Below are positions 40,818-49,903 of a DNA stretch of 64,000 nucleotides, in pieces (position 1 is the first letter of the stretch; each line of letters starts with the position of its first letter). Under the pieces are notes generated by a model. It made no database searches. It worked only from the letters and a program-made list of their open reading frames with translations, and was not told where the DNA came from. Source of the stretch: Candidatus Woesebacteria bacterium GW2011_GWF1_31_35 (lineage in GTDB: Bacteria > Patescibacteriota > Microgenomatia > UBA8517); the NCBI GenBank assembly GCA_001029755.1, contig CP011214.1:1754-65753 (forward strand), in the 5' to 3' direction. A program made the position numbers and the translations under genes.

Positions 40818-40857
40818 ATTCTACCACGAAAAGGTAGTTTTGTGATATGATTTAAGC

Positions 40858-42018
40858 GTGCAGAAGAAAATTTTAAAGATAACTATTTTAATATTATTAA
40901 CCATAATTCCTACTTTTTTGATCTGGATTCCATTTTTTGCCAGAGTTAAGTCTTTTTGGACTATTCCACTTCCCCAACAAGGAATGGCTACAATTGTCTC
41001 TAACTTTGATGGTCCACTTTATCTTATAATAGCCAAGACTTTTTATAACCCAGATTTAATTGGAGCAAATTATCAATTTCCACTATCAAATGAATACTAT
41101 TCAGCCCATTTTCCACTTTTTCCAATTTTTATTAAAACTTTTGCAATTTTTTTGGGACACCCCTATTCAATGCTTTTTGTAACCTTAATCTCCTCATTTT
41201 TAGCATTGTTTTTCTTCAACAAACATGCAAGAAAATTATTAGATAAAAATAATGCCATGTGGTTAACCTTTATTTTTGCGATTTTTCCTGCAAGATGGTT
41301 AATAGTAAGGTCGGTTGGTTCTCCTGAACCATTTTTCATTGCAGCAATCCTGGCTTCTACATATTTTTTTGGAAAGAAAAAATATATTTGGGCTGGAATT
41401 TGGGGAGCTTTAGCTCAAATGACCAAATCCCCTGGAATACTTTTATTTTTAGCTTACCTTATTCAAATTTCAATCCCGCATTTTAAAGAATTAGCCACAG
41501 GTGGAATAAAAAAATTTATATTAAAGCTGGATCTTAAAAATACCTATCCAATATTTTTTATACCACTAGGCCTTTTGGTTGTGTTTACAATTTATGGATT
41601 TACCTATGGCGATTTTTTCACCTATTTTAAATCAGGGGATAATATTCATCTTTTCTTCCCACCTTTTCAGATTTTTAATTTTTCAGCTCCTTGGGTAGGA
41701 ACTTTTTGGCTTGAAGAAATAATATTTATCTACACGATAGGAGTTTTAGGAGTTTATAAACTTTATCAAGAAAAATTATTTAATTATTTTTACTTTTCAT
41801 TAATATTTTTTATATCTTTACTATTCGTAGCTCACAGAGATTTATTAAGATATGCCCTTCCATTAATCCCTTTTTTAATTTTAGCCTTTAGAGAAACATT
41901 AATTAAAAAGGAATTTAAGATCGCTATGGCTGTTATTATAATTCCAATTTATCTTTATTCACTTGCTTTCATATCCCAAAATGCTATGCCAATTGCAAAT
42001 TGGGCTCCATTCCTATAA
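40858..42018 (+). CDS. Polytopic membrane protein (GT-C-like), GTG start; the only large plus-strand gene inside the glycosylation locus
   Basis: It is 386 aa with about 11 TM helices, and is divergent from 40098..40817. Confidence 0.4.
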   Translation: MQKKILKITILILLTIIPTFLIWIPFFARVKSFWTIPLPQQGMATIVSNFDGPLYLIIAKTFYNPDLIGANYQFPLSNEYYSAHFPLFPIFIKTFAIFLGHPYSMLFVTLISSFLALFFFNKHARKLLDKNNAMWLTFIFAIFPARWLIVRSVGSPEPFFIAAILASTYFFGKKKYIWAGIWGALAQMTKSPGILLFLAYLIQISIPHFKELATGGIKKFILKLDLKNTYPIFFIPLGLLVVFTIYGFTYGDFFTYFKSGDNIHLFFPPFQIFNFSAPWVGTFWLEEIIFIYTIGVLGVYKLYQEKLFNYFYFSLIFFISLLFVAHRDLLRYALPLIPFLILAFRETLIKKEFKIAMAVIIIPIYLYSLAFISQNAMPIANWAPFL

Positions 42019-42064
42019 TTCGATAGTGTTTGAGAGGAAAAATACTTTTAAAATATGCTCTTAT

Positions 42065-42274
42065 ATGGAAATTCCTAGGCATTGGAGACTAAAACAATCA
42101 AGGTACAATCTTTTGGGGGAAATGTGTCCCAATCCTGATTGCCAAGAATTTATATTTCCTCCTAGAGATGTCTGTCCAAACTGTAAAGGTGAGGCAAAAA
42201 TTAAACCTAATGAAATCAGTGGAGCAATATATGATAGAACTCTTAGATTAGCTGGTAGTACCAAGCAAGGCTAA
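42065..42274 (+). CDS. Short Zn-ribbon protein resembling the N-terminal part of DUF35 (thiolase/HMG-CoA-synthase-associated Zn-ribbon/OB-fold) proteins; probably truncated
   Basis: MEIPRHWRLKQSRYNLLGEMCPNPDCQEFIFPPRDVCPNCKG matches the DUF35_N pattern (PRFWR...RY.L.G.KC..C....FPPR..CP.C). The ORF stops about 25 aa later, before any OB-fold. The true start is an internal ATG of track ORF 41963..42274. Confidence 0.35.
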   Translation: MEIPRHWRLKQSRYNLLGEMCPNPDCQEFIFPPRDVCPNCKGEAKIKPNEISGAIYDRTLRLAGSTKQG

Positions 42275-43105
42275 ATTTAATTCTGATACTTGTTCATATA
42301 TTTTGTCTTCATCTTTTATATATTCATTATATTTAGTAATTATTTCTTTTACCCCAGATCTAACAACTTCTTTTGATAATAAAATTTCTTTAGAAGAAAT
42401 AAACGAATGGTCTTTGACCTTAAAACTTGAAAAATCATTTGAATTTAAAAAATTATCAGAAATTTCCAAATGATATACAGAAACTTTAATATCAGCGATA
42501 GAAAGATGCATAAAAGGCTTTGGATTTTCAGGAATAATCTCAGTTGGGATATTTTTATTAACTGCCAATTCTGAATATACTTCTTGTTGAAGCACTCTTA
42601 ATATTGACGTCTTTGGATCTTCACTATCACTTGAATAGGTCATTGGTAAAGTTTTAGATCCTGTAGGTTTTCCTAATTCTATCTTTGGTGGAGTTATATC
42701 CTCACCCATTAAGATACTGTTTTTCTGATTCTTAGGTGTAATTACTAAAGCTGTACCAAATCTTCTGGTTACTCCAGTTTTTACATTATGTAGGATTCTA
42801 TGCATTGTAGAAAGAGAAGTTTTAAATGATGGAGGAAGCTTTTTAAAAAGTCTTTCCATTGGAATTTGATTGTCTGAAAGAAGTGTTAAAAAAGTTAAAG
42901 TTTCAGATAATTTACTATTAGGTCCTGCTGATTTAATAATCCCCCATCTTTTAATTAAATGGTGCATTCCAGGATATGATATTGGTAAATCATAATTAGT
43001 AACCCTAAAAACTTCATCAACCGAACCATATTTAAGATAAAGTCTAATTATATTTTTGTAAAAATCATTTTCTCTTTCTCTAATTTCTGTTTCTTGAAAC
43101 ATCAT
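42248..43105 (-). CDS. Hypothetical protein
   Basis: It is a 285 aa soluble ORF in a consistent coding frame. No family was recognised. Confidence 0.4.
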   Translation of the reverse strand: MMFQETEIRERENDFYKNIIRLYLKYGSVDEVFRVTNYDLPISYPGMHHLIKRWGIIKSAGPNSKLSETLTFLTLLSDNQIPMERLFKKLPPSFKTSLSTMHRILHNVKTGVTRRFGTALVITPKNQKNSILMGEDITPPKIELGKPTGSKTLPMTYSSDSEDPKTSILRVLQQEVYSELAVNKNIPTEIIPENPKPFMHLSIADIKVSVYHLEISDNFLNSNDFSSFKVKDHSFISSKEILLSKEVVRSGVKEIITKYNEYIKDEDKIYEQVSELNLALLGTTS

Positions 43106-43121
43106 ATGAGTGAAGATATTA

Positions 43122-44243
43122 CTACTTTTTCTTCCAAATTACCTTTGTATACATAAGGTAGTTATATGGTAAGACTAGAAATGCAACAACAAAAGCAAGA
43201 ACTAAAAAGTCGTACTTTTCTCCAACTAATTTTGTCCCAATTGGTCCTGCAATTGATTGAATAATTAAAGCCCCTGCTGAAGTTAAATTAAATTGTAAAA
43301 ACTTTAAAACTATCGCCTTTACGCCTTTAATTTCACTATCTTTAAATGTCCAAATATTATTAAAAATATAATTGTTAAAAATTGCAAGCTCTGTTGATAA
43401 AAGCCAAACTAAAACTTCTGTTAATCCTAAATTTCTAAATACTCTTAAAAATATAAAATTAACAATAAACCCAGTTCCTCCAACTATTCCAAACTTTATA
43501 ATTTTTTGTTTATCTTTTATTCCTAAAATAATTGCAACTTTAAAAGTTGAAATCATTTCTTTAGGATTAAACTTTGATTTTTCCATTGTACGAGGTGCAA
43601 ATTCCAAAGGAACTTCAACTGTTTTTTTAGAAAGTTTTATTGATTGATATAAAAGATCTACTTTATAAGCAAATCTAGTAGGTTCCATTAATTTTTCAAG
43701 CTTAATTTTATCAAGCACCCCTTTTACTCTAGTTAGTCTAAAACCAGTAGTTAAATCATGAAGAGATGGTTTAAGTAAAACTAACCTAATAAAAAGATTA
43801 CCAAAAAAACTTACAGCTTTTCGAGATAGCGCCCATTCTTTTGGAACAGATCCTCCTTTAACATAACGGCTTCCAATACAATAATCAGCACCACTTAAAT
43901 ATGCCTCTACCATTGGTTTAACAAATCTTGGAGGATGTTGAAAATCAGCATCCATTTCCATTACAGCATCAGCATTGAGTTTTTCCATTGCAAATTGCAT
44001 TCCTCTAATATAAGCCCAACCTAATCCTTCCTTTTGTTTTTGAAGTAAATGTAAGTTTTTATATTTAGATTGATATCCTTCTACCTTTTTTCCTGTTCCG
44101 TCTGGAGAATAATCGTCAACTATCAAAAGATGCATATCAGCATCTTTTATCTTTGGAAATTCTTCTCCAAAAAGAGCTTCAATCATCCTCCCAATATTTT
44201 CTGCCTCGTTATAGGCAGGCATTACTATTACTATCTTTTGCAT
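43122..44243 (-). CDS. GT2 polyprenyl-phosphate sugar synthase fused to a C-terminal GtrA-like 4-TM domain (GtrB-GtrA-type fusion)
   Basis: The N-terminus has IVIVMPAYNEAENIGRMIEAL...LIVDDYSPDGT...MDADFQHPP. The C-terminus GIVGGTGFIVNFIFLRVF...ELAIFNNYIFNNIWTF is GtrA-like. Confidence 0.7.
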   Translation of the reverse strand: MQKIVIVMPAYNEAENIGRMIEALFGEEFPKIKDADMHLLIVDDYSPDGTGKKVEGYQSKYKNLHLLQKQKEGLGWAYIRGMQFAMEKLNADAVMEMDADFQHPPRFVKPMVEAYLSGADYCIGSRYVKGGSVPKEWALSRKAVSFFGNLFIRLVLLKPSLHDLTTGFRLTRVKGVLDKIKLEKLMEPTRFAYKVDLLYQSIKLSKKTVEVPLEFAPRTMEKSKFNPKEMISTFKVAIILGIKDKQKIIKFGIVGGTGFIVNFIFLRVFRNLGLTEVLVWLLSTELAIFNNYIFNNIWTFKDSEIKGVKAIVLKFLQFNLTSAGALIIQSIAGPIGTKLVGEKYDFLVLAFVVAFLVLPYNYLMYTKVIWKKK

Positions 44244-44288
44244 ATTAAATTAAACTTTATCATCTTAAACTGGTAAAATACAAGAGAC

Positions 44289-44939
44289 ATGTTAAAAATC
44301 GATATAATTACACTTTTTTCAAAAATGTTTGTTGGTCCATTAAATGAATCAATTATGTGGAGAGCGCAAGATAAAAAATTTATTGAGTTAAACATAGTTG
44401 ACCTAAGACAATTTGGAATAACAGAAAGAAAAACTGTAGACAATAGACCATATGGGGGTGGTGCTGGAATGATTTTAAGAATTGATGTAATTGATAATTG
44501 TCTTAAATCAATTAAGGCAAAACCAAAAACTAAAGATACCAAAATTGTTCTTTTAGATGCTGGGGGAGAAAAGTTTACCCAAAAGAAAGCTTATGAATAT
44601 TCTAGTTTAAAAAGACTGATTTTAATTTGTGGCCATTATGAAGGAATTGATCACAGGGTTCATGAAAATTTAGTAGACGAAATAATATCAATTGGAGATT
44701 ATGTTTTAACAGGTGGGGAAATTCCTGCTATGGTTGTTGCAGATACAGTAACAAGATTGGTTCCTGGAGTTATTAAAGAAAAATCTTTGAAAGAAGAATC
44801 TTTTTCAGATTCTTTAGAAGAAGTGACTGAATACCCCCAATATACTAGACCAGAAATATATAAAAACTTAAAAGTACCGAGTGTTCTATTAACTGGAAAT
44901 CATAAAAAAATTGATAAATGGAGAAAAATAAAGAAATAA
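44289..44939 (+). CDS. trmD: tRNA (guanine37-N1)-methyltransferase
   Basis: It carries IDIITLFSKMFVGPL...DNRPYGGGAGMIL...LICGHYEGIDHRV...SIGDYVLTGGE, canonical TrmD motifs. Confidence 0.9.
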   Translation: MLKIDIITLFSKMFVGPLNESIMWRAQDKKFIELNIVDLRQFGITERKTVDNRPYGGGAGMILRIDVIDNCLKSIKAKPKTKDTKIVLLDAGGEKFTQKKAYEYSSLKRLILICGHYEGIDHRVHENLVDEIISIGDYVLTGGEIPAMVVADTVTRLVPGVIKEKSLKEESFSDSLEEVTEYPQYTRPEIYKNLKVPSVLLTGNHKKIDKWRKIKK

Positions 44940-44944
44940 ATCTT

Positions 44945-45856
44945 TTAAACTTTACTTCTTTTTATAAACTCATCAACCATTTCTCTCCAGGTTTTAAATT
45001 TAATTCCTAATTTTTCTTGAGTAATTTCAGTCTTTAAACCTCCAAGTCTTGAACGTGGAGTTCGTCCTTCTACTTTTAAAAATTCTTCCATTGATCCTTT
45101 TTGAACAACATTAGTAACTCCCCTAGCTTTTTCAAGTAAATAACTAACAAATTCAAATGGAGTTGTAGTATCAGATGAAACAACATGATAAATTCCAGTT
45201 TGTTTAATTTCGATAATTTTTTCTAATGCCGGAGTTAAATCGTCAATCAAAAGAGGTGTTAAAATTTGATCTGTAAAAATTGGGAATAATTTTCCTTCAT
45301 CAAAGAGTTTTAAATAACTTTTTGCGTAATCTAACTTCAAATCACAATTTTCTCCATAAAAAGGATATGCGATTCTAACAATTGCATACTTACATCCTGA
45401 ATTTCTAACTACAAACTCAGATCTATTTTTAGTCCATCCATACCAACCCATTTTTTCAGTTAATTTGTCAGGTGTTAATGATCTTTCGGAATATGGACCA
45501 GGATAATCAGAGGTTCCATTGAAAACAAAGTCAGTCGAAATTTGTATTAAAAATTTATTATATTTTTTACATGCTTTTGCTAAATTTTCAGGACCATCCA
45601 CATTTAATCTATAACAAAAACCATTTTCATCTCCTCTTTCTTTTTCAGCTACATCAACATTAGTAAAACCAGCAAAGTTAACAACTGCATCAAAATTATC
45701 TTTTTCCATTTCAAAAAAATCATTAACTATCTTTTCATCAGTTATGTCTAATTCAATTTCATTTGGAGCCACCTTTCTATTAGATAAAATAGATGAAGCA
45801 AATTTAGAACCCACTAAGCCGGAAGATCCAATTATAAGTAACTTTTTCATATTCAT
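44945..45856 (-). CDS. rmlD: dTDP-4-dehydrorhamnose reductase
   Basis: It carries an N-terminal LLIIGSSGLVGSKF Rossmann motif and the Y-x3-K motif YGWTK. It sits in an rml gene cluster. Confidence 0.75.
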   Translation of the reverse strand: MNMKKLLIIGSSGLVGSKFASSILSNRKVAPNEIELDITDEKIVNDFFEMEKDNFDAVVNFAGFTNVDVAEKERGDENGFCYRLNVDGPENLAKACKKYNKFLIQISTDFVFNGTSDYPGPYSERSLTPDKLTEKMGWYGWTKNRSEFVVRNSGCKYAIVRIAYPFYGENCDLKLDYAKSYLKLFDEGKLFPIFTDQILTPLLIDDLTPALEKIIEIKQTGIYHVVSSDTTTPFEFVSYLLEKARGVTNVVQKGSMEEFLKVEGRTPRSRLGGLKTEITQEKLGIKFKTWREMVDEFIKRSKV

Positions 45857-46431
45857 TTAAATTTATCTGGAAAAAGTTCTCTTAATTTAGGATTGTTTTG
45901 ATCACGTTCTGAAAGAATTGGGTTATCAACTGGCCATTTTATAGCAAGGTCTGGATCATCCCATGCAACCCCTTTGGCTTTTGCATCGTCCCAATATTCA
46001 TCAATTAAATAAAAATAATGCATCATCTCGTTCCCAAGTGTACAGATTGAATTACCAATTCCACCAGAAGGCAGGAATAATGCCTGCCTTGGGGAATCTT
46101 CTTTTGTATTATCAATTGTTATATATTCTACTTTTCCAAAAGTAGAAGATTCTGGTCTCAAATCCACAATTGGAGCATATAGAATTCCAGTTACAGGATA
46201 AATTAATTTATTCCAATCTTCACTATGAACTGCCTTAATTACTCCTGGTTTTATATAGGCATGTGTCCACTGGACAGGATTAAACTCAATGCCTGTTGCT
46301 GCCTTTAATTCTTCTTTATTATAAGGCTCATGAAGAAATCCTCGACTATCACCCAAGATTGGTCTTTGAATCAAAACAACCCCATCAATTGAAGTCTTGA
46401 TAATATGTTTCTCTGGATCAAATCTCATCAT
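45853..46431 (-). CDS. rmlC: dTDP-4-dehydrorhamnose 3,5-epimerase (cupin)
   Basis: It is a 192 aa RmlC-like cupin with RGFLHEPYN. It overlaps rmlD by 4 bp. Confidence 0.75.
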   Translation of the reverse strand: MMRFDPEKHIIKTSIDGVVLIQRPILGDSRGFLHEPYNKEELKAATGIEFNPVQWTHAYIKPGVIKAVHSEDWNKLIYPVTGILYAPIVDLRPESSTFGKVEYITIDNTKEDSPRQALFLPSGGIGNSICTLGNEMMHYFYLIDEYWDDAKAKGVAWDDPDLAIKWPVDNPILSERDQNNPKLRELFPDKFK

Positions 46432-46447
46432 ACTTATAAATATGATT

Positions 46448-47035
46448 TTAGTTTAAATTGGTGTTAATTTCAACGAGGTTATTAGTTTTTTCTAATAAAT
46501 TTTGAAAATATTCTTTACCATCATCAGTATTTTCCTCAGGTGCCCAACTGGCAAACTCCTTATCAGTTTCTGCTATATATCCACCCTTTGCCTGCCTTTT
46601 TGACTCCAATATTACAAATGGCTCATCAGATATGATAGTATGCCAAATATTTGGTCTTATTGTAACAATGTTTTTTCCCACTTCTGACAACTTAACAACT
46701 TTATTAACTTTTCCATCATCATCAAACATGACAACTGAAGCTTTTCCTTTTAATAGTCTAAAAGATTCTGTTTTTTCAAGCTCATTATGTTTATGGGGTC
46801 TAACATAGTTCTCGGTAGAAATTGCATTAATCATTAAGTGTTGTTCTGCCTTAAGTGAATCATGAATTCTAAAAATAAATCTTCCTCTTTCAGAAACCTT
46901 GGCAATTCCTAATGCTAAATTTGCTAAATCTTTTGAAAGATAATCGCCTTTGTGTGATTTAATATATTTATCTAAATCAACAGCAGAAGGTATTGATCCA
47001 TCAAAATCTTTTTTAATTGAATCCAGAGGTTCCAT
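46448..47035 (-). CDS. WbuC-like cupin-fold protein
   Basis: It is 195 aa with His-rich cupin-like motifs (PHKHNE...). It lies within a nucleotide-sugar operon. Confidence 0.4.
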   Translation of the reverse strand: MEPLDSIKKDFDGSIPSAVDLDKYIKSHKGDYLSKDLANLALGIAKVSERGRFIFRIHDSLKAEQHLMINAISTENYVRPHKHNELEKTESFRLLKGKASVVMFDDDGKVNKVVKLSEVGKNIVTIRPNIWHTIISDEPFVILESKRQAKGGYIAETDKEFASWAPEENTDDGKEYFQNLLEKTNNLVEINTNLN

Positions 47036-47051
47036 TTTTAAATTAAAGAAA

Positions 47052-47930
47052 TTATTTACCAGAACGAATTAAGCCTAATTCCTCACGAGCAAAATTAACT
47101 GATTCAGCAACCATTGCATCAGGAGTTCTAAAAACATCTATCCGAACTGCCATTTTGCCAAAAAGTTTCTCACCTTCCTGTTTTATTTCATCCCCCACTC
47201 TTTCAAATTTTGAAAAACCTACTCCTACCAAACTAGCAACACTTGCCCTATTAAACGATTTTTTATCAAAAACAGGTTTATCTATGGCTATTCCAGCTTC
47301 TTCCATTGCCTCTCTTTTTGCAACATCTTCAGTTGTATCTCCTACAAATTGTGCAAAACCACCAGGTACTGTTAAAAACCACATACCTGTTTTCAATGCT
47401 TTGTATTCTTCAATTTCTTTAGGATCAGTTAGATTATCTGGAATGATTATTTTTGCATCCCAAGCAGCTGGTCTCCATTGCCAAAAACAATGGACATAAT
47501 AGTCATCATTAATTTTTTCAATTGGGGCAACTAAAGATCCTGGAGTTGCAATACCTGTTCTTGTGTCTAACTTTCCATCTTGCCACAAAAGACCATCATT
47601 AAGATAGTTGATAAGATTTCCCTCAGTATCATACTCTACAACGGCGTAGTGTTGTACTGAACCAAAGTTTGGATTTTTTAATCCAGAGTTATCAATATTC
47701 CAACCAATACCCTTTTTCTTTTCATTTTCAGAATTATGATTGTCAATAAAATCATTAATCCAATCCTTTATTAATGTAACTGGTAGTAAAGTTTGCCTTG
47801 GTCTTTCTATTGGCTCGGAAGGAAGAACATCATAATATGAAACCTCCCCAATTTTAAAATTAGGCTCAATAGAAATCGTTTTCCTATTTTCAGAACTATA
47901 TTTTTCAATAGGTAATTTAACTTCTACCAT
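47052..47930 (-). CDS. Nudix hydrolase with a roughly 170 aa N-terminal domain
   Basis: It has a Nudix-box-like segment GGFAQFVGDTTEDVAKREAMEEAGIAI (REx2EExGI). Confidence 0.6.
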   Translation of the reverse strand: MVEVKLPIEKYSSENRKTISIEPNFKIGEVSYYDVLPSEPIERPRQTLLPVTLIKDWINDFIDNHNSENEKKKGIGWNIDNSGLKNPNFGSVQHYAVVEYDTEGNLINYLNDGLLWQDGKLDTRTGIATPGSLVAPIEKINDDYYVHCFWQWRPAAWDAKIIIPDNLTDPKEIEEYKALKTGMWFLTVPGGFAQFVGDTTEDVAKREAMEEAGIAIDKPVFDKKSFNRASVASLVGVGFSKFERVGDEIKQEGEKLFGKMAVRIDVFRTPDAMVAESVNFAREELGLIRSGK

Positions 47931-47986
47931 ATTTGTGTATTTTACTTAAAAAAATGAATCTAGTCAAGACTACAGGGTGTATTTTA

Positions 47987-49903
47987 TTAAAGTTTCAACC
48001 CTTTAATTTCCATGAGATTAAGGCGTGTTAATGCCGAAAGAAAGTATGCATCATCACATTTATTAATTAAATCAGAAAGTTTTTCAATAGGCCAAAGAAC
48101 TATTCCCTCATCTTCTTCAAATTTATCTCCTTTTTTGACATCTGTATAAAGTTCATTTGAAAGATCAACAACAATTGCATATAAATTAGGTTTATTGTTT
48201 GTCATACCGGAATCAGGGTTGAGTCTTCCTAAAGAAATTATTTGATCTAAAACAGCATCATTATTCGCAACACTTAAATTTAAATCTTTTTGTAAAGACC
48301 TAACTATAAAATCCAAAACTGACTCATTTAGGGTTGGAAGTCCTCCTGGAAGAGTGTATTCAATTGCTCCTGTTGGAAATTTTAATTCTCTTTGTGTCGC
48401 CAAATGTGTAATTTCTCCCCTTCTTTTAATCAAAACTAATAGTTTTGCACCTGATTTGGGTCCCCAACCCCAAGAATAGTACCCTTCCATTCTTTTCTCT
48501 TTCTTGGTATTTTCAACTTCAAACCAAGATCCAATACCATATATCCCATATTTTGGATCTCCATGTTCAATTTTTTCTAGGCTTAGGATAGTGTCCCCAT
48601 CTAAATGGTCTTCTCTTCCTGCTAAATCTTCAACATAACCAAAAGTTGAAGGGTTAATTCCTAGAGATTTAATTTCCTTTTTAATTTTCTCTGAACTATT
48701 TTGGTACCATTTTTTACTTTCCAGATTTCTAATAACAATTTCATATCTAATTAGATTTTGTTCAACAAAATGTTTCTCGGTATCAATTTTTCCTACAGAA
48801 CTAGCTACACCCTTGCTATCATCATTTTTTTCAACTTTTCCGAAAACAAATTTAGTTTTACCCGATTCTCTATCAAGAGAGATATAGGCTGAAATAGTCT
48901 TTGAAGAATCCATTATCATTGCTTTCCTTTTAAGAAGAGGTCTCCACCAATCTTGGTTTTCCCTATACCATTTGATTGTTTCTTTTAACCCTTCATTAAA
49001 ATCATCTCTTCCAATTTTTGGCTTCCAACCTAATTCTTCTATAATTTTTGTAGCATCAATTGCGTATCTTCTATCATTACTATGGCGATCAGAAACGTTA
49101 CGAATCATATTTTCATTAGCACCATATAGATTAACTATCTTTTTAGCAATATAACCATTACTTCTGTCATTATTAGATCCCACTAAATATGTTTCTCCCT
49201 TTTTACCTTTTTCTAAAATTAATTCAATTGCAGAGGAATGATCTCTGGTATGAATCCAATCTCTGACATTTCTACCATCTCCATGAAGTGGAACTTTAAT
49301 ATTGTCAATTAGATTACAAATAACTATTGGTGCAAACTTTTCAGGAAATTGAAATGGTCCATAATTATTTGAACAGTTTGAAATTGTAATATACATTTTA
49401 GTTTTTTCATAAAAATCCATAACAATCCTATCTGCTTCAGCTTTTGACAATGCATATAAATTATCAGGTCTTGGAGAATATGGAGTTTTTTCAGTAAATT
49501 TAAGATCTGAATCTAAAGGAAGTTCTCCGTAAACTTCATCAGTTGATATTTGATGGAACCTGGTAACTCCTGCTTTTTCTGCTTCTTCCAGTAAAGTTAA
49601 TGTTCCATGAACATTTGTTTGCCAATAAGTTGAAGGATCAAAAACAGATCTATCAACATGACTTTCAGCAGCAAAATGAACCAAAGTGTCAACCCCCTTT
49701 AAGCTTTCTGAAACTATTTTTCTGTTATTGATATCTCCTTCAATAAACTCAATTTTTTTTGAAATTGGTCGAAGTGTTTCAAAATTTCCAGCATAGGTTA
49801 ACGAATCCAATACTTTAATTTTATCTTTAGGATGTTTTTCTAGCCAATAATAGGTAAAATTTGAACCAATGAATCCTGCACCCCCTGTTATTAAAATATT
49901 CAT
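47987..49903 (-). CDS. rmlB: dTDP-glucose 4,6-dehydratase fused to a roughly 300 aa C-terminal degenerate Nudix-like domain
   Basis: The N-terminal 330 aa are canonical RmlB (MNILITGGAGFIGSNF...YxxxK...). The C-terminal extension contains KLLVLIKRRGEITHLATQRELKFPTGAIEYTLPGGLPTLNESVLDFIVRSLQKDLNL, a Nudix-box pattern with RE changed to RS and EE changed to KD. Confidence 0.75.
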   Translation of the reverse strand: MNILITGGAGFIGSNFTYYWLEKHPKDKIKVLDSLTYAGNFETLRPISKKIEFIEGDINNRKIVSESLKGVDTLVHFAAESHVDRSVFDPSTYWQTNVHGTLTLLEEAEKAGVTRFHQISTDEVYGELPLDSDLKFTEKTPYSPRPDNLYALSKAEADRIVMDFYEKTKMYITISNCSNNYGPFQFPEKFAPIVICNLIDNIKVPLHGDGRNVRDWIHTRDHSSAIELILEKGKKGETYLVGSNNDRSNGYIAKKIVNLYGANENMIRNVSDRHSNDRRYAIDATKIIEELGWKPKIGRDDFNEGLKETIKWYRENQDWWRPLLKRKAMIMDSSKTISAYISLDRESGKTKFVFGKVEKNDDSKGVASSVGKIDTEKHFVEQNLIRYEIVIRNLESKKWYQNSSEKIKKEIKSLGINPSTFGYVEDLAGREDHLDGDTILSLEKIEHGDPKYGIYGIGSWFEVENTKKEKRMEGYYSWGWGPKSGAKLLVLIKRRGEITHLATQRELKFPTGAIEYTLPGGLPTLNESVLDFIVRSLQKDLNLSVANNDAVLDQIISLGRLNPDSGMTNNKPNLYAIVVDLSNELYTDVKKGDKFEEDEGIVLWPIEKLSDLINKCDDAYFLSALTRLNLMEIKGLKL

